NCBI GenBank assembly: GCA_046290465.1
Contig: JBKAGP010000001.1
Coordinates: forward strand, 2,080,001-2,144,000
Length of the DNA stretch: 64,000 bases
Reading direction: 5' to 3'
Origin: Planctomycetota bacterium
Lineage (GTDB): Bacteria > Planctomycetota > UBA1135 > UBA2386
This document shows, piece by piece, positions 8,326-24,028 of the stretch. The stretch's first letter is position 1. Every line of letters starts with the position of its first letter. Under the pieces are notes generated by a model, which saw only the letters and a list, made by a program, of their open reading frames with translations, was not told where the DNA came from and ran no database searches. The translations under genes and the position numbers were made by a program.

Positions 8326-10822
8326 ACTCGACCCAGTAGTTCAGCACCTGGAACTGCTGGCTGCCGGGCGCGCGGTAGACGTAGGTGAACAGGCCGAACG
8401 AGTAGCCGTTGGCCGCGAAGTTCGCCGCGTCGATCGCACCGACGACGCCGGTGTAGGTCGTCGACGTGCCGCTCTGCACCTTCCAGGTGCTGGTCGCCTC
8501 GACCCCGACGCTGACACCGCCGAGCACGGTGCCGCCGGTCGCGGTCAGCTCCTGCTCGTAGCTCAGCGACAGCGCGCCGCCGCTCGAGATCGACGAGCCG
8601 ACCTGCAGCGTCACCTCGGTCGAACCGCCGCCCTGGCCGACCGATTGCGGGCCGACCTGCAGGCCGCCGTAGAGCGAACGCAACGCGTTGCGGCGTGCGA
8701 TCCCAGGGTAGGTCGACGGATCGCCGACGACGTGCTCGAACACCGACGCGTCGACGCGCTGCGCCCCCGCCGGGATCGAACCGTTGTAGAAGGTGCGTTC
8801 GGCCTGCAGCGTGATCGGCGTGCGCGGGTAGTCCACCGTCACCTTCTCGCCGATCAGCGCCGGGTCCGGGTGCGACAGCACCGTGAACACGTAGCGGTCG
8901 ATCGGCACCGTGGTGAACACCACCAGGTCCTCCTCGGGCGCGCTGGTGAAGATGATCGTCTTCGACAGCTCGTAGGCCTGGCCGCGCGTGCGCGTCGCCG
9001 CTTCGGTCAACGTCGCCTTGAACTCGAACTCCGACTGCGTCAGCGGGCCGCCGTCGATGTTGACGCCGGCCGACACGCCGGCCGAGAACGTGACCGAACG
9101 CTCCGACTCGCTGGCCGTCGACGTCGTGTTGCCGAACGCGGTGAACGACCCGGCGACGTTCTGGCCGATGCCCTGACGCGTCGGCGGCGCCGCCAGCGCG
9201 GCGAGCACGATCGGCTCGCTGAACACCAGCTGGTACTCGGCTTCCGCGTAGCTCAGCACGGCGCTGTCCTGGTCGACGTTGACCGGCAGCAGGATCGGGA
9301 AGCGACGCTGCTGGCTGTTCTGGAACGTCACCGGCACGCTGCGCAGCTCGGTCACCGAAGCGCTGGTCGCCGGCAGGCCGTAGACGCGCACGTCGTTGAG
9401 GTCCTGACGGTGCACGGCCAGGTCCTCGCGGTCGTCACCGTTGAAGTCGCCTTTCACGAACGCCGACGTGGTGCGGTCGAAGAAGCCGTGCGCGTTCTGG
9501 TTCCAGATCGTGTCGGCCGGCAGACGCCAGTCGTTGACCTCGGTCCACGGCGACGCGTCGACGAAGTCGTCGAACACGTAGCGGTTGGCGGCGACCTCGT
9601 CGCGCCCGTCGCCGTCGAGGTCGAGCGCGTTGAGGTGGATCGTGCGCACCCGCCGGTTGGACGGCGAGTTGCAGCCCGAGTACGAGTAGGTGCCGTAGAA
9701 CGTGCCGAGCTCGACGAACTGGCCGATCGCATCGTCCAGCGCGACGAACAGCATCTTGGTCGAGTCACACTGGTCGGCGAACTCCGTCAGCCCCGCGAAC
9801 AGCACCTCGTCGAGCCCATCGCCGTCGACGTCGCCGAGCGCGATCGACGACGTCAGCGCGACGCGCAGCGTCTGGTTCTGGTCGCGCGCGGTGAACACCT
9901 CGTTGCGCAGCACGGCGAAGCCGGCCTGGGCGTCGTCGAGCACCAGTGTGCGCGCGGTGCCGGCGCCGCCGCCGCTCAGTTCCTGCACCGCCACGGCGAT
10001 CTCCGGACGGCCGTCGGTGTCGACGTTGCCGGCGCAGAGCTGCAGCCACATCGTCGCGCCGTTGACGTCCGGGGCGATGTCGATCTCGCTGCCGAGCGGC
10101 ACGAACGTCGAGCCGCTGGCCCGGAACGCGCGCACCTTGCCGCGGCCGCCCTCGGTCATGCCGAGCACCAGGTCGTCGCGGCCGTCGAGGTCGAGGTCGG
10201 CGGCGATCGCGGTGACGTTCTCGATGTTGCCGAAGGTCGCGATCTGCACGTCGGTGTCGGCAAAGCCCTGGGTCTGGTCGCCGACCCGGCGCACCCGCGT
10301 CTCGATGCCGTCCTGGTAGACCAGCACGATCTCCTCCAGGCCGTTGCCGTCACAGTCGGCGGCGACCGCGTCGCGCAACGTGCCCGGCGACTGGAAGCTG
10401 CTGCTCTGCGGCAGGAACGGCACCTGGTTCTGGTCCTGGCCGTAGATCACGTCGGCAGTCGCGTTGCCGTTGCCGTCGGTCAGCTCGAGCAGCAGCAGTG
10501 GCGAGGTCGACGCCGGCATGCCGGTCGTGCCGAGGTTGATCAGCGCCAGCTCATCGGTCCGCGACAGCACCGGGCGACGGCCGAGCGGCGTGTCGGCGTC
10601 GTCGACCTCGAGGCCGGGCGCGCTCTCACGGGGCGTGCGCTCGGTCGGCACGCCGAGCTTGTTGAGGCCGGACTCGAGGTCGTCGGTCGGCGTGACGGGA
10701 CCGCCGCCACCGCCGCCGCCGCCACCCCCGCCACAGGCGGCGACGATGGTGACGAGGCAGAGCGGCAGGAGGCGGCCGGGCGCCGGACGGCGCGGGGGAA
10801 CAGCGGAAACTGGCGAGTGCAT
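8324..10822 (-). CDS. FG-GAP/VCBS-repeat lipoprotein with Ser/Thr-rich beta-stranded C-terminal domain
   Basis: Lipobox IVAA-C followed by a poly-Gly linker, then six DxDGDGxxD/E-type repeats (DCDGNGLEE, DLDLDGRDD, NVDTDGRPE, DVDGDGLDE, DLDGDGRDE, DFNGDDRED). Confidence 0.8.
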   Translation of the reverse strand: MHSPVSAVPPRRPAPGRLLPLCLVTIVAACGGGGGGGGGGGPVTPTDDLESGLNKLGVPTERTPRESAPGLEVDDADTPLGRRPVLSRTDELALINLGTTGMPASTSPLLLLELTDGNGNATADVIYGQDQNQVPFLPQSSSFQSPGTLRDAVAADCDGNGLEEIVLVYQDGIETRVRRVGDQTQGFADTDVQIATFGNIENVTAIAADLDLDGRDDLVLGMTEGGRGKVRAFRASGSTFVPLGSEIDIAPDVNGATMWLQLCAGNVDTDGRPEIAVAVQELSGGGAGTARTLVLDDAQAGFAVLRNEVFTARDQNQTLRVALTSSIALGDVDGDGLDEVLFAGLTEFADQCDSTKMLFVALDDAIGQFVELGTFYGTYSYSGCNSPSNRRVRTIHLNALDLDGDGRDEVAANRYVFDDFVDASPWTEVNDWRLPADTIWNQNAHGFFDRTTSAFVKGDFNGDDREDLAVHRQDLNDVRVYGLPATSASVTELRSVPVTFQNSQQRRFPILLPVNVDQDSAVLSYAEAEYQLVFSEPIVLAALAAPPTRQGIGQNVAGSFTAFGNTTSTASESERSVTFSAGVSAGVNIDGGPLTQSEFEFKATLTEAATRTRGQAYELSKTIIFTSAPEEDLVVFTTVPIDRYVFTVLSHPDPALIGEKVTVDYPRTPITLQAERTFYNGSIPAGAQRVDASVFEHVVGDPSTYPGIARRNALRSLYGGLQVGPQSVGQGGGSTEVTLQVGSSISSGGALSLSYEQELTATGGTVLGGVSVGVEATSTWKVQSGTSTTYTGVVGAIDAANFAANGYSFGLFTYVYRAPGSQQFQVLNYWVE

Positions 10823-10913
10823 TCGGTTCTCTTTGCGGTTGGTTGGTGGCCGCAGCAGTGGGTGTCACCCACCGCTGCGCGCGCACCGCCGCCGTCCCGC
10901 AGAGATTCGGCCG

Positions 10914-11475
10914 CTATTTCGCCAGCTCGGCCTTCAGCCAGGCCCGCGCGAAGAACCAGTCGGCCTCGACCGTGCGCAGCGAAACCGCCAGTGCCGCCGC
11001 GACTTCCGGCATCGAGAGCCCGCCGAACGAACGCAGCTCGACGACCCTGGCCTTGCGTTGGTCGAGGCCAGAAAGCCGCTGCAGCGCCTCGTCGAGGTCC
11101 AGCACCGGCCACGTCGCAGCGCCGCCATCCGCCGGATCGAATCGCGTCGCCAGGGTTTCTTCGCGGGCCTGGTCGCGCTTCTGCGCACTCCTCCTGCGGG
11201 CGTGGTCGACCAGCACCTGCCGCATGACCCGGGCGCACAGCCCGCGGAAATGCGCGCGGTCCTCGATCGCCGCGACCGTCTGATCGACCATCCGCAGATA
11301 GACTTCGTGCACGAGGGCCGTCGGGTCCAGCGGCGCGACCGACTCACGCTGCAGCTGGGCCCGGGCCAGCTGGCGCAGTTCGTCGTAGACCGCCGGCAGC
11401 AGCGCGTCCATGGCCACGGAGTCGCCTTCGCGATGACGCTGCAGCAACTCGGTGAACGACGGCGAATCGAACGAC

Positions 11476-11477
<2 letters not shown>
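10914..11477 (-). CDS. ECF sigma factor, STK-associated (TIGR02999-like) group
   Basis: TELLQRHREGD...LLPAVYDELRQLA...LDPTALVHEVYLRM...MRQVLVDHARRRSAQKR...VVELRSFGGLS...SLRTVEADWFFARAWL. Likely start is ATG at 11477. Confidence 0.92.
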
Positions 11478-14583
<3,106 letters not shown>

Positions 14584-14590
14584 TGCATCC

Positions 14591-15019
14591 ATGGCCTCGT
14601 CCCGACGAACCGCAAGCGTGAACGAAACCGGACCAGCCTGGGCCCGCCGCGTGCTCTGGGCCGCCGCGGCCTACAACGTGGCCTTCGGCGCCTGGGCCGT
14701 GCTGTGGCCCGAACACTGGTTCGAGCTCGGTGGCATGCGCGTCCCGGACCAGCTGTTCGTCTGGCAGTGCGTCGGCATGATTGTCGGCGTCTACGGCGTC
14801 GGCTACGCGCTGGCCGCGCCGCGGCCGCTGCGCCACTGGCCGATCGTGCTGGTCGGCCTGCTCGGCAAGGTGCTCGGCCCGATCGGCTTCGCCGACGCTG
14901 CGCTGCGCGGCGAGCTGCCGTGGCGCGCCGGCTGGCTGATCTTGAGCAACGACCTGATCTGGTGGCTGCCGTTCGGCGCCATGCTGGTGCTGGCGCGCCG
15001 CCACCACCGCGAGGCGTGA
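14591..15019 (+). CDS. conserved small membrane protein
   Basis: Four TM segments with WQCVGMIVGVYGVGY...RHWPIVLVGLLGKVLGPIGF...NDLIWW. Start may be the GTG at 14618. Confidence 0.7.
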   Translation: MASSRRTASVNETGPAWARRVLWAAAAYNVAFGAWAVLWPEHWFELGGMRVPDQLFVWQCVGMIVGVYGVGYALAAPRPLRHWPIVLVGLLGKVLGPIGFADAALRGELPWRAGWLILSNDLIWWLPFGAMLVLARRHHREA

Positions 15020-15444
15020 TGGCGTTCGAGCACCTGGCACTGCTGCACCTGGTGCCGACGCTGGTGATGGCCGGCGTGATCTGGTTCGTGCAGGTCGTGC
15101 ACTACCCGCTGTTCGCCGCGGTCGGCGAGCGCGCGTTCCGCAACTACGAAGAACGCCACACCCAGCGCACCACCTGGGTCGTGCTGCCGCCGATGGTCGC
15201 CGAACTCGCGCTGGCCACCTGGCTGCTGCTGCGCGCACCGGAGCCGGCGCGGCCGTTGGCCTGGCTCGGCGCGGGCCTGGTCGCGGGGCTGTGGCTGTCG
15301 ACGTTCCTGGTGCAGGTGCCGTGCCACGCGCGGCTGTCGCAAGGCTTCGACGCGCCGACCTGGCGACGGCTGGTGCGCAGCAACTGGGCGCGCACCGCGA
15401 TGTGGACCGCGCGCGCGGCGATCGCGCTGCGACTCTGCTGGTAG
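15019..15444 (+). CDS. conserved small membrane protein
   Basis: ATG overlaps the upstream TGA. GVIWFVQVVHYPLF...STFLVQVPCH...NWARTAMW; three to four TM helices. Confidence 0.72.
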   Translation: MAFEHLALLHLVPTLVMAGVIWFVQVVHYPLFAAVGERAFRNYEERHTQRTTWVVLPPMVAELALATWLLLRAPEPARPLAWLGAGLVAGLWLSTFLVQVPCHARLSQGFDAPTWRRLVRSNWARTAMWTARAAIALRLCW

Positions 15445-15486
15445 CGCGCCGCCGCGGCGCTCAGCGCACCGCGTCGCTTCATCGCG

Positions 15487-16008
15487 TCATCCGACGCGGC
15501 GTCGACGCCATTTCTTCCACTTGGGCACCGCCCACATCACGTAGCCGCTGCCGGCCAGGAACAGCAGCAGCAACGCGACCACCGGCATCGCCCACGCGTG
15601 TGCGAAGTCGCCGAACCACGAGCCGTCGTGCAGCGCCTCGAGCCAGTCGCTGCGGCGCTCCCGCGGCGCGCTCGTCCTCAGCGTGATCGCGCAGACCTGG
15701 ACCTCGAGGTCGTCGTGCTTGCTGACGACCTTGTGCAGGCGCTTGTTCGGCCGGAAGTCGATGCGCGCGATGTCGTGCTCGCTGCGGAACTGCGGCAGGC
15801 CGAGCGCGAACACCGCCTCGTAGACCTTCGGCAGCGGCTGCAGGGCGTCGACCGGGCCCTCCGCGCACGCCATCGTCGGCGGCTGGATCCAGTCGTAGTC
15901 CTTCTTGACCAGCAGCAGGAAGCCGGTGATCGACACCAGCATCAGCACCAGGCCGGCGGCGAGGCCGAGCCAGCGGTGTAGCATCCAGATGGTGCGAAAC
16001 ACGCGCAT
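15487..16008 (-). CDS. PepSY-associated TM helix protein
   Basis: LHRWLGL...SITGFLL at the N-terminus and LHDGSWF...SGYVMW at the C-terminus. Confidence 0.8.
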   Translation of the reverse strand: MRVFRTIWMLHRWLGLAAGLVLMLVSITGFLLLVKKDYDWIQPPTMACAEGPVDALQPLPKVYEAVFALGLPQFRSEHDIARIDFRPNKRLHKVVSKHDDLEVQVCAITLRTSAPRERRSDWLEALHDGSWFGDFAHAWAMPVVALLLLFLAGSGYVMWAVPKWKKWRRRRVG

Positions 16009-16011
16009 GCG

Positions 16012-16662
16012 CTAGTCCTCGGCGTAGCTGGCCATCAGGTAGCGCGGCTCGAGGTCGGCGGCAGCGGCCGCGAAGCGCGGCAGGCCGTCGGCGAGCAGCG
16101 CCGGCGCGAACAGTCCGACGGCCGCGACGCAGGCGAGGCCGCGCTCGTCGCGCAGCTGCTGCGCGAACGCCGCGGGCGCGACCAGCAGTTCGTCGGAGGC
16201 GATCCGCCCGAGCACCTCGTCGACCGGTGCGGCGTTGGCGGCTTCGCGTTCGAGCACGCCGCGCTCGCCGAGTTCGTGCACCGCCGTATGCAGACGGCCG
16301 CGCCGCGCATCGAGCACGGTGCGCACGGGGCCGACGTGGCATGGGGCCGCGTGGCGGGCCAGCACCGCGAGGCTGCAGACGCCTTCGACCTGCAGGTCGC
16401 CGAACTGCTGCAGCAGACGCACGAACGTGACCGCGACGCGCAGGCCGGTGTAGGAGCCGGGGCCGACGTCGACGACCACGCGGCGCAGCGCGGCCGGAGC
16501 GACACCGCGCGCGGCACACAGCTGCTGGCACAGCTGCGCCAGGTCACCGCGTTCGCCGGCGGGCACGTTGGCCACCGAGGTCTCGCCGTCGTGCTGCAGC
16601 GCCACCGAGAACGGCGCGTCGCCACACAGGTTGCTGCCGCTGATCGCGAGCGTCGGGCTCAC
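16012..16662 (-). CDS. tsaB: tRNA threonylcarbamoyladenosine biosynthesis protein TsaB
   Basis: GPGSYTGLRVA and DARRG motifs, C-terminal LEPRY. GTG at 16662 overlaps the glmM stop. Confidence 0.88.
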   Translation of the reverse strand: MSPTLAISGSNLCGDAPFSVALQHDGETSVANVPAGERGDLAQLCQQLCAARGVAPAALRRVVVDVGPGSYTGLRVAVTFVRLLQQFGDLQVEGVCSLAVLARHAAPCHVGPVRTVLDARRGRLHTAVHELGERGVLEREAANAAPVDEVLGRIASDELLVAPAAFAQQLRDERGLACVAAVGLFAPALLADGLPRFAAAAADLEPRYLMASYAED

Positions 16663-18005
16663 GCGCCGAGCTCCGCCCGGATCAGCTCGGCGAGCTCTTC
16701 GCAGAGGCGGTCGCACAGCGCGCCGTCCTTGGCCTCGATCATCACGCGGCACTTCGGCTCGGTGCCCGAGTAGCGCAGCAGCAGGCGGCCGTCCTGGCCG
16801 AGCAGCTGCTCGATCTCCTGCTGCTTGCTCGCCACCGCCGGGACCGTCGACAGGTCGGGCTTGTCGCGCACCTGCACGTTGATCAGCTTCTGCGGGAAGC
16901 GCTCGAACGACGCAAACGCCTCCGACACCTTGCGGGCGCCGACGTCGGCCAGGATGCGCAGGCCGGTGTAGAGGCCGTCGCCGACCAGTTCGTGCTCGAG
17001 GAACAGGGTGTGGCCGGACTGCTCGCCGCCGAGCGCGAAGCCGTGCTCGCGCATCGCGGCGACCACGTGCCGGTCGCCGACCGGAGTCGTGTGCACCTGC
17101 ACCCCGGCCTCCCGCAGCGCCTGGTGCATGCCGAGGTTGCTCATCACCGTCGCCGCGACGGTCGCGTTCGGCAGCTGCCCCGCCTCGTGCATGCGCGCAC
17201 CGAAGAACGACATCACCGCATCGCCGTCCTGCACCGCGCCGGTCTCGTCGACGAAGATGCCGCGGTCGCCGTCGCCGTCGAGGCAGATGCCGAGGCAGGC
17301 GCCGTGCTCCTTGACCAGCGGTCCGAGGTTCTCCGGGTGCAGGGCACCGACGCCCTCGTTGATGTTGAAGCCGTCCGGCTCGCAGCCGACCTCGATCACC
17401 TCGGCACCGAACATGCGCAGCACGCGCGGCGCGATCACCGAGCCGCCGCCGTTGGCGGCGTCGATGCAGACCTTCTTGCCGGTCAGGTCGAGGTCGGGGA
17501 ACCGCTGGCCGAGCAGTTCTTCGTATTGCAGCACGAGCTTCTCGACCTCGCGCACGCGCGGCTCGCTCGGCGACTCGACCGTCAGCTCGTTGGCCAGGCG
17601 CTCGAGTTCGCGCTCGTCCTCGTCGCAGAGCTTCTTGCCCGCCGCGCCGAAGATCTTGATGCCGTTGTCGTGCGAGGGGTTGTGCGACGCGCTGATCATG
17701 ATGCCGGCTGCGAACTGGCCGCGCGCGGTCAGCAGCGCCAGCGCCGGGGTCGTGACCAGGCCGACGTCGGCGGCGCTCACGTCCGCCCCCATCAGTCCCT
17801 GCACCAGGCTGTCGAGGATCCACGGCGCCGACTCGCGACCGTCGTTGCCGATCAGCACGCGGCGCTGCGAGCCGTCGCCCTCCCTCTGCAGCAGCACCCC
17901 GAGCGCGGCGCCGACGCGGCGCAGGGTCTCGGGTTCCATCGGGGCCTGGCCGGCGCGGCCACGCAGGCCGTCGGTGCCGAATTGGACCGGTTCGAACGTG
18001 TTCAT
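16659..18005 (-). CDS. glmM: phosphoglucosamine mutase
   Basis: FGTDGLRG, GIMISASHNP (phospho-Ser), DGDGDR, GGEQSGH, RYSGTEP. Confidence 0.95.
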   Translation of the reverse strand: MNTFEPVQFGTDGLRGRAGQAPMEPETLRRVGAALGVLLQREGDGSQRRVLIGNDGRESAPWILDSLVQGLMGADVSAADVGLVTTPALALLTARGQFAAGIMISASHNPSHDNGIKIFGAAGKKLCDEDERELERLANELTVESPSEPRVREVEKLVLQYEELLGQRFPDLDLTGKKVCIDAANGGGSVIAPRVLRMFGAEVIEVGCEPDGFNINEGVGALHPENLGPLVKEHGACLGICLDGDGDRGIFVDETGAVQDGDAVMSFFGARMHEAGQLPNATVAATVMSNLGMHQALREAGVQVHTTPVGDRHVVAAMREHGFALGGEQSGHTLFLEHELVGDGLYTGLRILADVGARKVSEAFASFERFPQKLINVQVRDKPDLSTVPAVASKQQEIEQLLGQDGRLLLRYSGTEPKCRVMIEAKDGALCDRLCEELAELIRAELGA

Positions 18006-19150
18006 GGGTTCTTGTTGCGGAGCTTGACCACGCGCGAGTCCTCCAGCTTGAACTCGCTGCGCTCGACCCGACGGGTCGGCGACTCGCGCACCACGAGCTG
18101 GATCTCGCGGTCCAGTTCCTGGCCGAACTGGTTGCCCGCCTCGGGCCGCTGCAGGTGCACGACCAGGCGCATGGTCTCGGCTGCCCAGCGCTGGCGATCG
18201 GTGTCGCGCTCGAACGCACCCGCCACCGAGCGCAGCCGTCCGGACAGGCTGACGCGCACCGGGATGCTCTGCAGGTCCGGCACGAAGCGGCCGCGATCCT
18301 CGGGCTTCAGGTTGAGGTCGTCGACCACCACCGGCAGCTCGAACGTGTAGTCCTGCCGCGTCGGTTCGAGGTCGATGCGCACGCTCGGCGTCTGTTCGAA
18401 CACCACGGCGATGTCGAGGTTGTCGAGGATGCGCAGCTGGCCCGTGGCCTCGTCGCCGAGCTGCTGCAGGTCCGCGTGCAGGATCGGCTGGCCCGTCTTG
18501 ACGCGATCGCTGAGCTTCTGGATGTTGCGGGCGGGGCCGATGATGCGCACCGTGCCGGGCGAGAACTGCGACGTGTCGCGCAAGAGCCGGCTCTCGAAGT
18601 CCTTGGCGTCGAACTGCACGTGGCCGTTGTCGACCTCGAGCACGAGGTTGTCCTGCAGGCCGACCTCGAGACGCACGCGCGGCGGGTCCATCTCGATCGA
18701 GATCTCCTCGAGCGCGCGCACGTCACGGCGGATGTTGTCGGCGGTGAACTCCACCACCTGCACGTCCGGGCCTTCGCCACGCCCCACCCACTCGCGGGTC
18801 TCGAAGGTCGTGATCGCCAGGTTGAGCCGGTCCTCCTTCAGCGCGTCGATGCGGAAGCGCGGGCCGGACACCGTCACCCGCACGTTCTGGATCTCGCGGT
18901 CGCCGTCGAGGAACCGGCGCTTGACGACGCGGTCGGTCGGCAGCGTGATCGACAGGCGGTCCTCGGTGCCGCTGGAGACGTCGAGCACGTCGACCGCGGC
19001 CAGCGGCAGCGTGTAGACCTCCGACTCCATGATCCGGCTGTTGATGAAGAACCACAGCAGGATCGCCAGGCCGATCGCGACCAGCTTGCGGTACGGGTCG
19101 TCGACGACCAGGTTCCACAGCCTGTTCCTGCGGCGACGATCGCGGCTCAC
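18002..19150 (-). CDS. CdaR/YbbR-like membrane-anchored protein
   Basis: KLVAIGLAILLWFFI N-terminal anchor and V-x-V-x-GP YbbR-like repeats; located between cdaA and glmM. Confidence 0.7.
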   Translation of the reverse strand: MSRDRRRRNRLWNLVVDDPYRKLVAIGLAILLWFFINSRIMESEVYTLPLAAVDVLDVSSGTEDRLSITLPTDRVVKRRFLDGDREIQNVRVTVSGPRFRIDALKEDRLNLAITTFETREWVGRGEGPDVQVVEFTADNIRRDVRALEEISIEMDPPRVRLEVGLQDNLVLEVDNGHVQFDAKDFESRLLRDTSQFSPGTVRIIGPARNIQKLSDRVKTGQPILHADLQQLGDEATGQLRILDNLDIAVVFEQTPSVRIDLEPTRQDYTFELPVVVDDLNLKPEDRGRFVPDLQSIPVRVSLSGRLRSVAGAFERDTDRQRWAAETMRLVVHLQRPEAGNQFGQELDREIQLVVRESPTRRVERSEFKLEDSRVVKLRNKNP

Positions 19151-19959
19151 GACGCGCTGCTCCTTCCGAACACCTCGTCGAGCTCGGTCTCGAGCTTCTC
19201 GAGGGTCAGGTCGTGGTGCAGCTTGCCGGCGCTCGCGGTCGAGATCTTGCCGGTCTCCTCACTGACGACGACGATCAACGCGTCGGTCTCCTCGGACAGG
19301 CCGAGCGCGGCGCGGTGGCGCGTGCCCAGGCGCTTGTCGATGTCCGGGTTCTGGCTGAGCGGGAACAGGCACGACGCGGCCACGATGCGGTCGTCCTGCA
19401 CGACCACCCCGCCGTCGTGCAGCGCGCTCTTCGGGAAGAAGATCGACTCGATCAGGTAGCTGTTCAGCTCGGCGTCGATGGTGATGCCGTTCTCGCTGAG
19501 CTCCGACAGCGACGCCTCGCGCTCGATCGCGATCAGGGCACCGATGCGCTCCTTGCTCAGCCGCGCGACCGCGCGCAGCAGACGCGGCACGATCTTGGTG
19601 TCGCGGCGGAAGAACCGGCCGAAGATCGGCGCGTCGCCGAGGTGCACGATGGCGCGGCGGATCTCGGGGTGGAACACCACCACCAGACCGAGCACGACCG
19701 ACGGCGCCAGCTGTTCGACCAGCCACGACAGGCGGTCGAGTTCGAACGAGTCCGCGACGATGAAGAACGCCAGCGCGAACGACGTCAGCAGCAGCGCCAG
19801 GCCGCGGATGATGCCGGAGCCGCGCGTCGCGCGCAGGAACCGCAGCACCACGTAGATCAGCACCGCGAAGATGCCGACCTCGATGACCACCTTGCTCGCG
19901 TCGAGAAGCCCGCCGAAGCCGTCTTCGACGAGGTCCTGAGGAGCGAGGTGGAGCGTCAT
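19147..19959 (-). CDS. cdaA: diadenylate cyclase CdaA/DacA
   Basis: Three TM helices, FHPEIRR, GALIAIER, LHDGGVV (DGA-like), LGTRHRAA, VVSEETG. ATG at 19959. Confidence 0.92.
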   Translation of the reverse strand: MTLHLAPQDLVEDGFGGLLDASKVVIEVGIFAVLIYVVLRFLRATRGSGIIRGLALLLTSFALAFFIVADSFELDRLSWLVEQLAPSVVLGLVVVFHPEIRRAIVHLGDAPIFGRFFRRDTKIVPRLLRAVARLSKERIGALIAIEREASLSELSENGITIDAELNSYLIESIFFPKSALHDGGVVVQDDRIVAASCLFPLSQNPDIDKRLGTRHRAALGLSEETDALIVVVSEETGKISTASAGKLHHDLTLEKLETELDEVFGRSSAS

Positions 19960-19978
19960 GGGGCGGAGCGCCTCGGGA

Positions 19979-22339
<2,361 letters not shown>

Positions 22340-22738
22340 CAGATTGTTCGCCGCCTGCTCGCTCTAGATCACGGGCTCGGATCGCGCCCCGGGCAGGGGA
22401 GCCGCCGATGGCCTCATCGGCGGTTTGCGACGGTTGGCCGTAGCCCGCTTGCCATCGCGACTTCCGACCCGGCGGCACGGACGGCGCGTAGCCCGGGAGG
22501 ATAGGTCACGCCCGCCCGCGATGCCAGCGATGGGATCGACCCGCTGATCGTCGTTGCCGTCGCAAACCGGTTACAGACATGGATCGGTGCTTCCGACGAA
22601 AAGGCCTCGATGGAAACCCCCATGACACGTTAGAAACGCGGCCGATGCCGGCGCCCCGGAAAACACTTCCAGCGTCCCAGCCGGGCGCCCCGTCGGGCTG
22701 CCCCGCGGATCGCTGGTCGCTGCAGCGAGGAGGCGTGC

Positions 22739-23986
22739 ATGCCCTCCTTTGAGGTGCGTGTGCGACGGGCCGGCAGCCCGCTCGAACTGCTGCGCCAGGC
22801 GTTCGAACTCGCGCCGGGCCAGGAGCTGACGTTCGGCCGCGCACCCGACGCCGACGTGACGATCCAGGACCCCGATCGCAAGGTCAGTTCCCGTCACGGC
22901 AAGATCCGATGCGACGCCGAAGGGGCGCTGGTCGCCACCGACCTCGGCAGCCTCAACGGCACCTTCCTGGAGGGAACGCCGGTCGGGCAGGGAGCCGGCA
23001 CCGTGGTCCCGTTCGGCTCGATCCTGCGGGTCAGCGACTACGAACTCGAGATCGTCGAGTCGGCGCAGGCCGAAACCATGCGCACGGGCGGCCTCGCCCT
23101 CGCGGCAAGGTCTCTAACCAACGATTTAGAAGAAGCTTATGACCTCGCCCTCGACGCCGACTGCGGCCAGCGGGCGACCGCGATGCAGACCTCCGTCGAC
23201 TACGCCATCGCGGCGCTCAATCGGCGCGAGGGGGCGTGCCTGCTCGAGAACCTGCTCGGTGAGCAGGCAGGATTCCACAGCGTCACGCCCATGCCGAGCG
23301 GCGTCGGCCCCAGCGGCTTTGGCCCGGGCGGTGTCGCTGCGGGAGGTGTTGCCGCGGGCGGTGTCGGCCAGATGCCGGCCCCCGTCGTCGACCGGGATGC
23401 CGCGGCGGCGGACTCCGGCGCCGACGAGGCCATCCGCCAGCTCGCGGCGGAGCTCGTGCCGAGCGTCGAACTCCGCACCCCCGAGTGCTTCGCCACGTTC
23501 TGCCGGCTGCTGTCGCAGGTCACCAAGGCGACGCTCGACTGGCTGGCCAAGAGCCTGCAGAGCCGCGGGGTGTTCGCCGAGGAGTTCGGCGCCGAGGTCA
23601 CCCTGGTCTTCCAGCGCAGCAACAACCCGCTGAAGTCGATGTCCCAGGACGAGCTGCGCCGGTTCCTGCTCGACTGGTCCGAGTCGACCGACGTCGAGAC
23701 CCGCAACTACTACCTCGAAGGCGTGCTCAAGGACCTGACCGAGCACCAGGTCGGCGTGATCGCCGGCGTCAAGGAAGCGGTCGCCGGCGTCTTCGCGCGG
23801 CTCGCGCCCGAACGGATCGAGGCGCTGTCCAAGGACGCCGCCGGCTGGTCCAAGGCCAACAAGCTCTGGAACGCCTACCAGCAGCTGCACCAGGAACTGT
23901 CCGAGGAGCAGAGCAAGCTGTTCCAGGACCTGATCACGCCCGCCATCCAGAAGGGCTACCTCCATCAACACGGTGACGACGCTTGA
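22739..23986 (+). CDS. tagH: T6SS-associated FHA domain protein (TagH/Fha)
   Basis: FHA motifs FGR...VSSRH...DLGSLNGT and C-terminal NNPLK...DLTEHQVG typical of T6SS Fha. First gene of the cluster. Confidence 0.85.
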   Translation: MPSFEVRVRRAGSPLELLRQAFELAPGQELTFGRAPDADVTIQDPDRKVSSRHGKIRCDAEGALVATDLGSLNGTFLEGTPVGQGAGTVVPFGSILRVSDYELEIVESAQAETMRTGGLALAARSLTNDLEEAYDLALDADCGQRATAMQTSVDYAIAALNRREGACLLENLLGEQAGFHSVTPMPSGVGPSGFGPGGVAAGGVAAGGVGQMPAPVVDRDAAAADSGADEAIRQLAAELVPSVELRTPECFATFCRLLSQVTKATLDWLAKSLQSRGVFAEEFGAEVTLVFQRSNNPLKSMSQDELRRFLLDWSESTDVETRNYYLEGVLKDLTEHQVGVIAGVKEAVAGVFARLAPERIEALSKDAAGWSKANKLWNAYQQLHQELSEEQSKLFQDLITPAIQKGYLHQHGDDA

Positions 23987-24028
23987 GCCCGCGCCGCCGC
24001 CACGTCCCTCCCACCTCTCCCGACCACG

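Noticed and set aside
22402..22426. Hairpin CCGCCGATG-GCCT-CATCGGCGG-TTT upstream of ftsH as a terminator or c-di-AMP riboswitch
   Set aside because: No gene ends there, the U-tract is short and no ydaO consensus is visible.
22434..22490. Sigma-54 promoter for the T6SS
   Set aside because: TGGC...TTGC spacing is wrong (13 rather than 10 nt between GG and GC), and the alternative site lacks TTGC.
22555..22640. c-di-GMP-I riboswitch-like words (GCAAACC...GACGAAAAGGCC) upstream of the T6SS
   Set aside because: Spacing and the P2 GNRA loop do not fit what I recall of the consensus. It cannot be supported without an Infernal/Rfam search.
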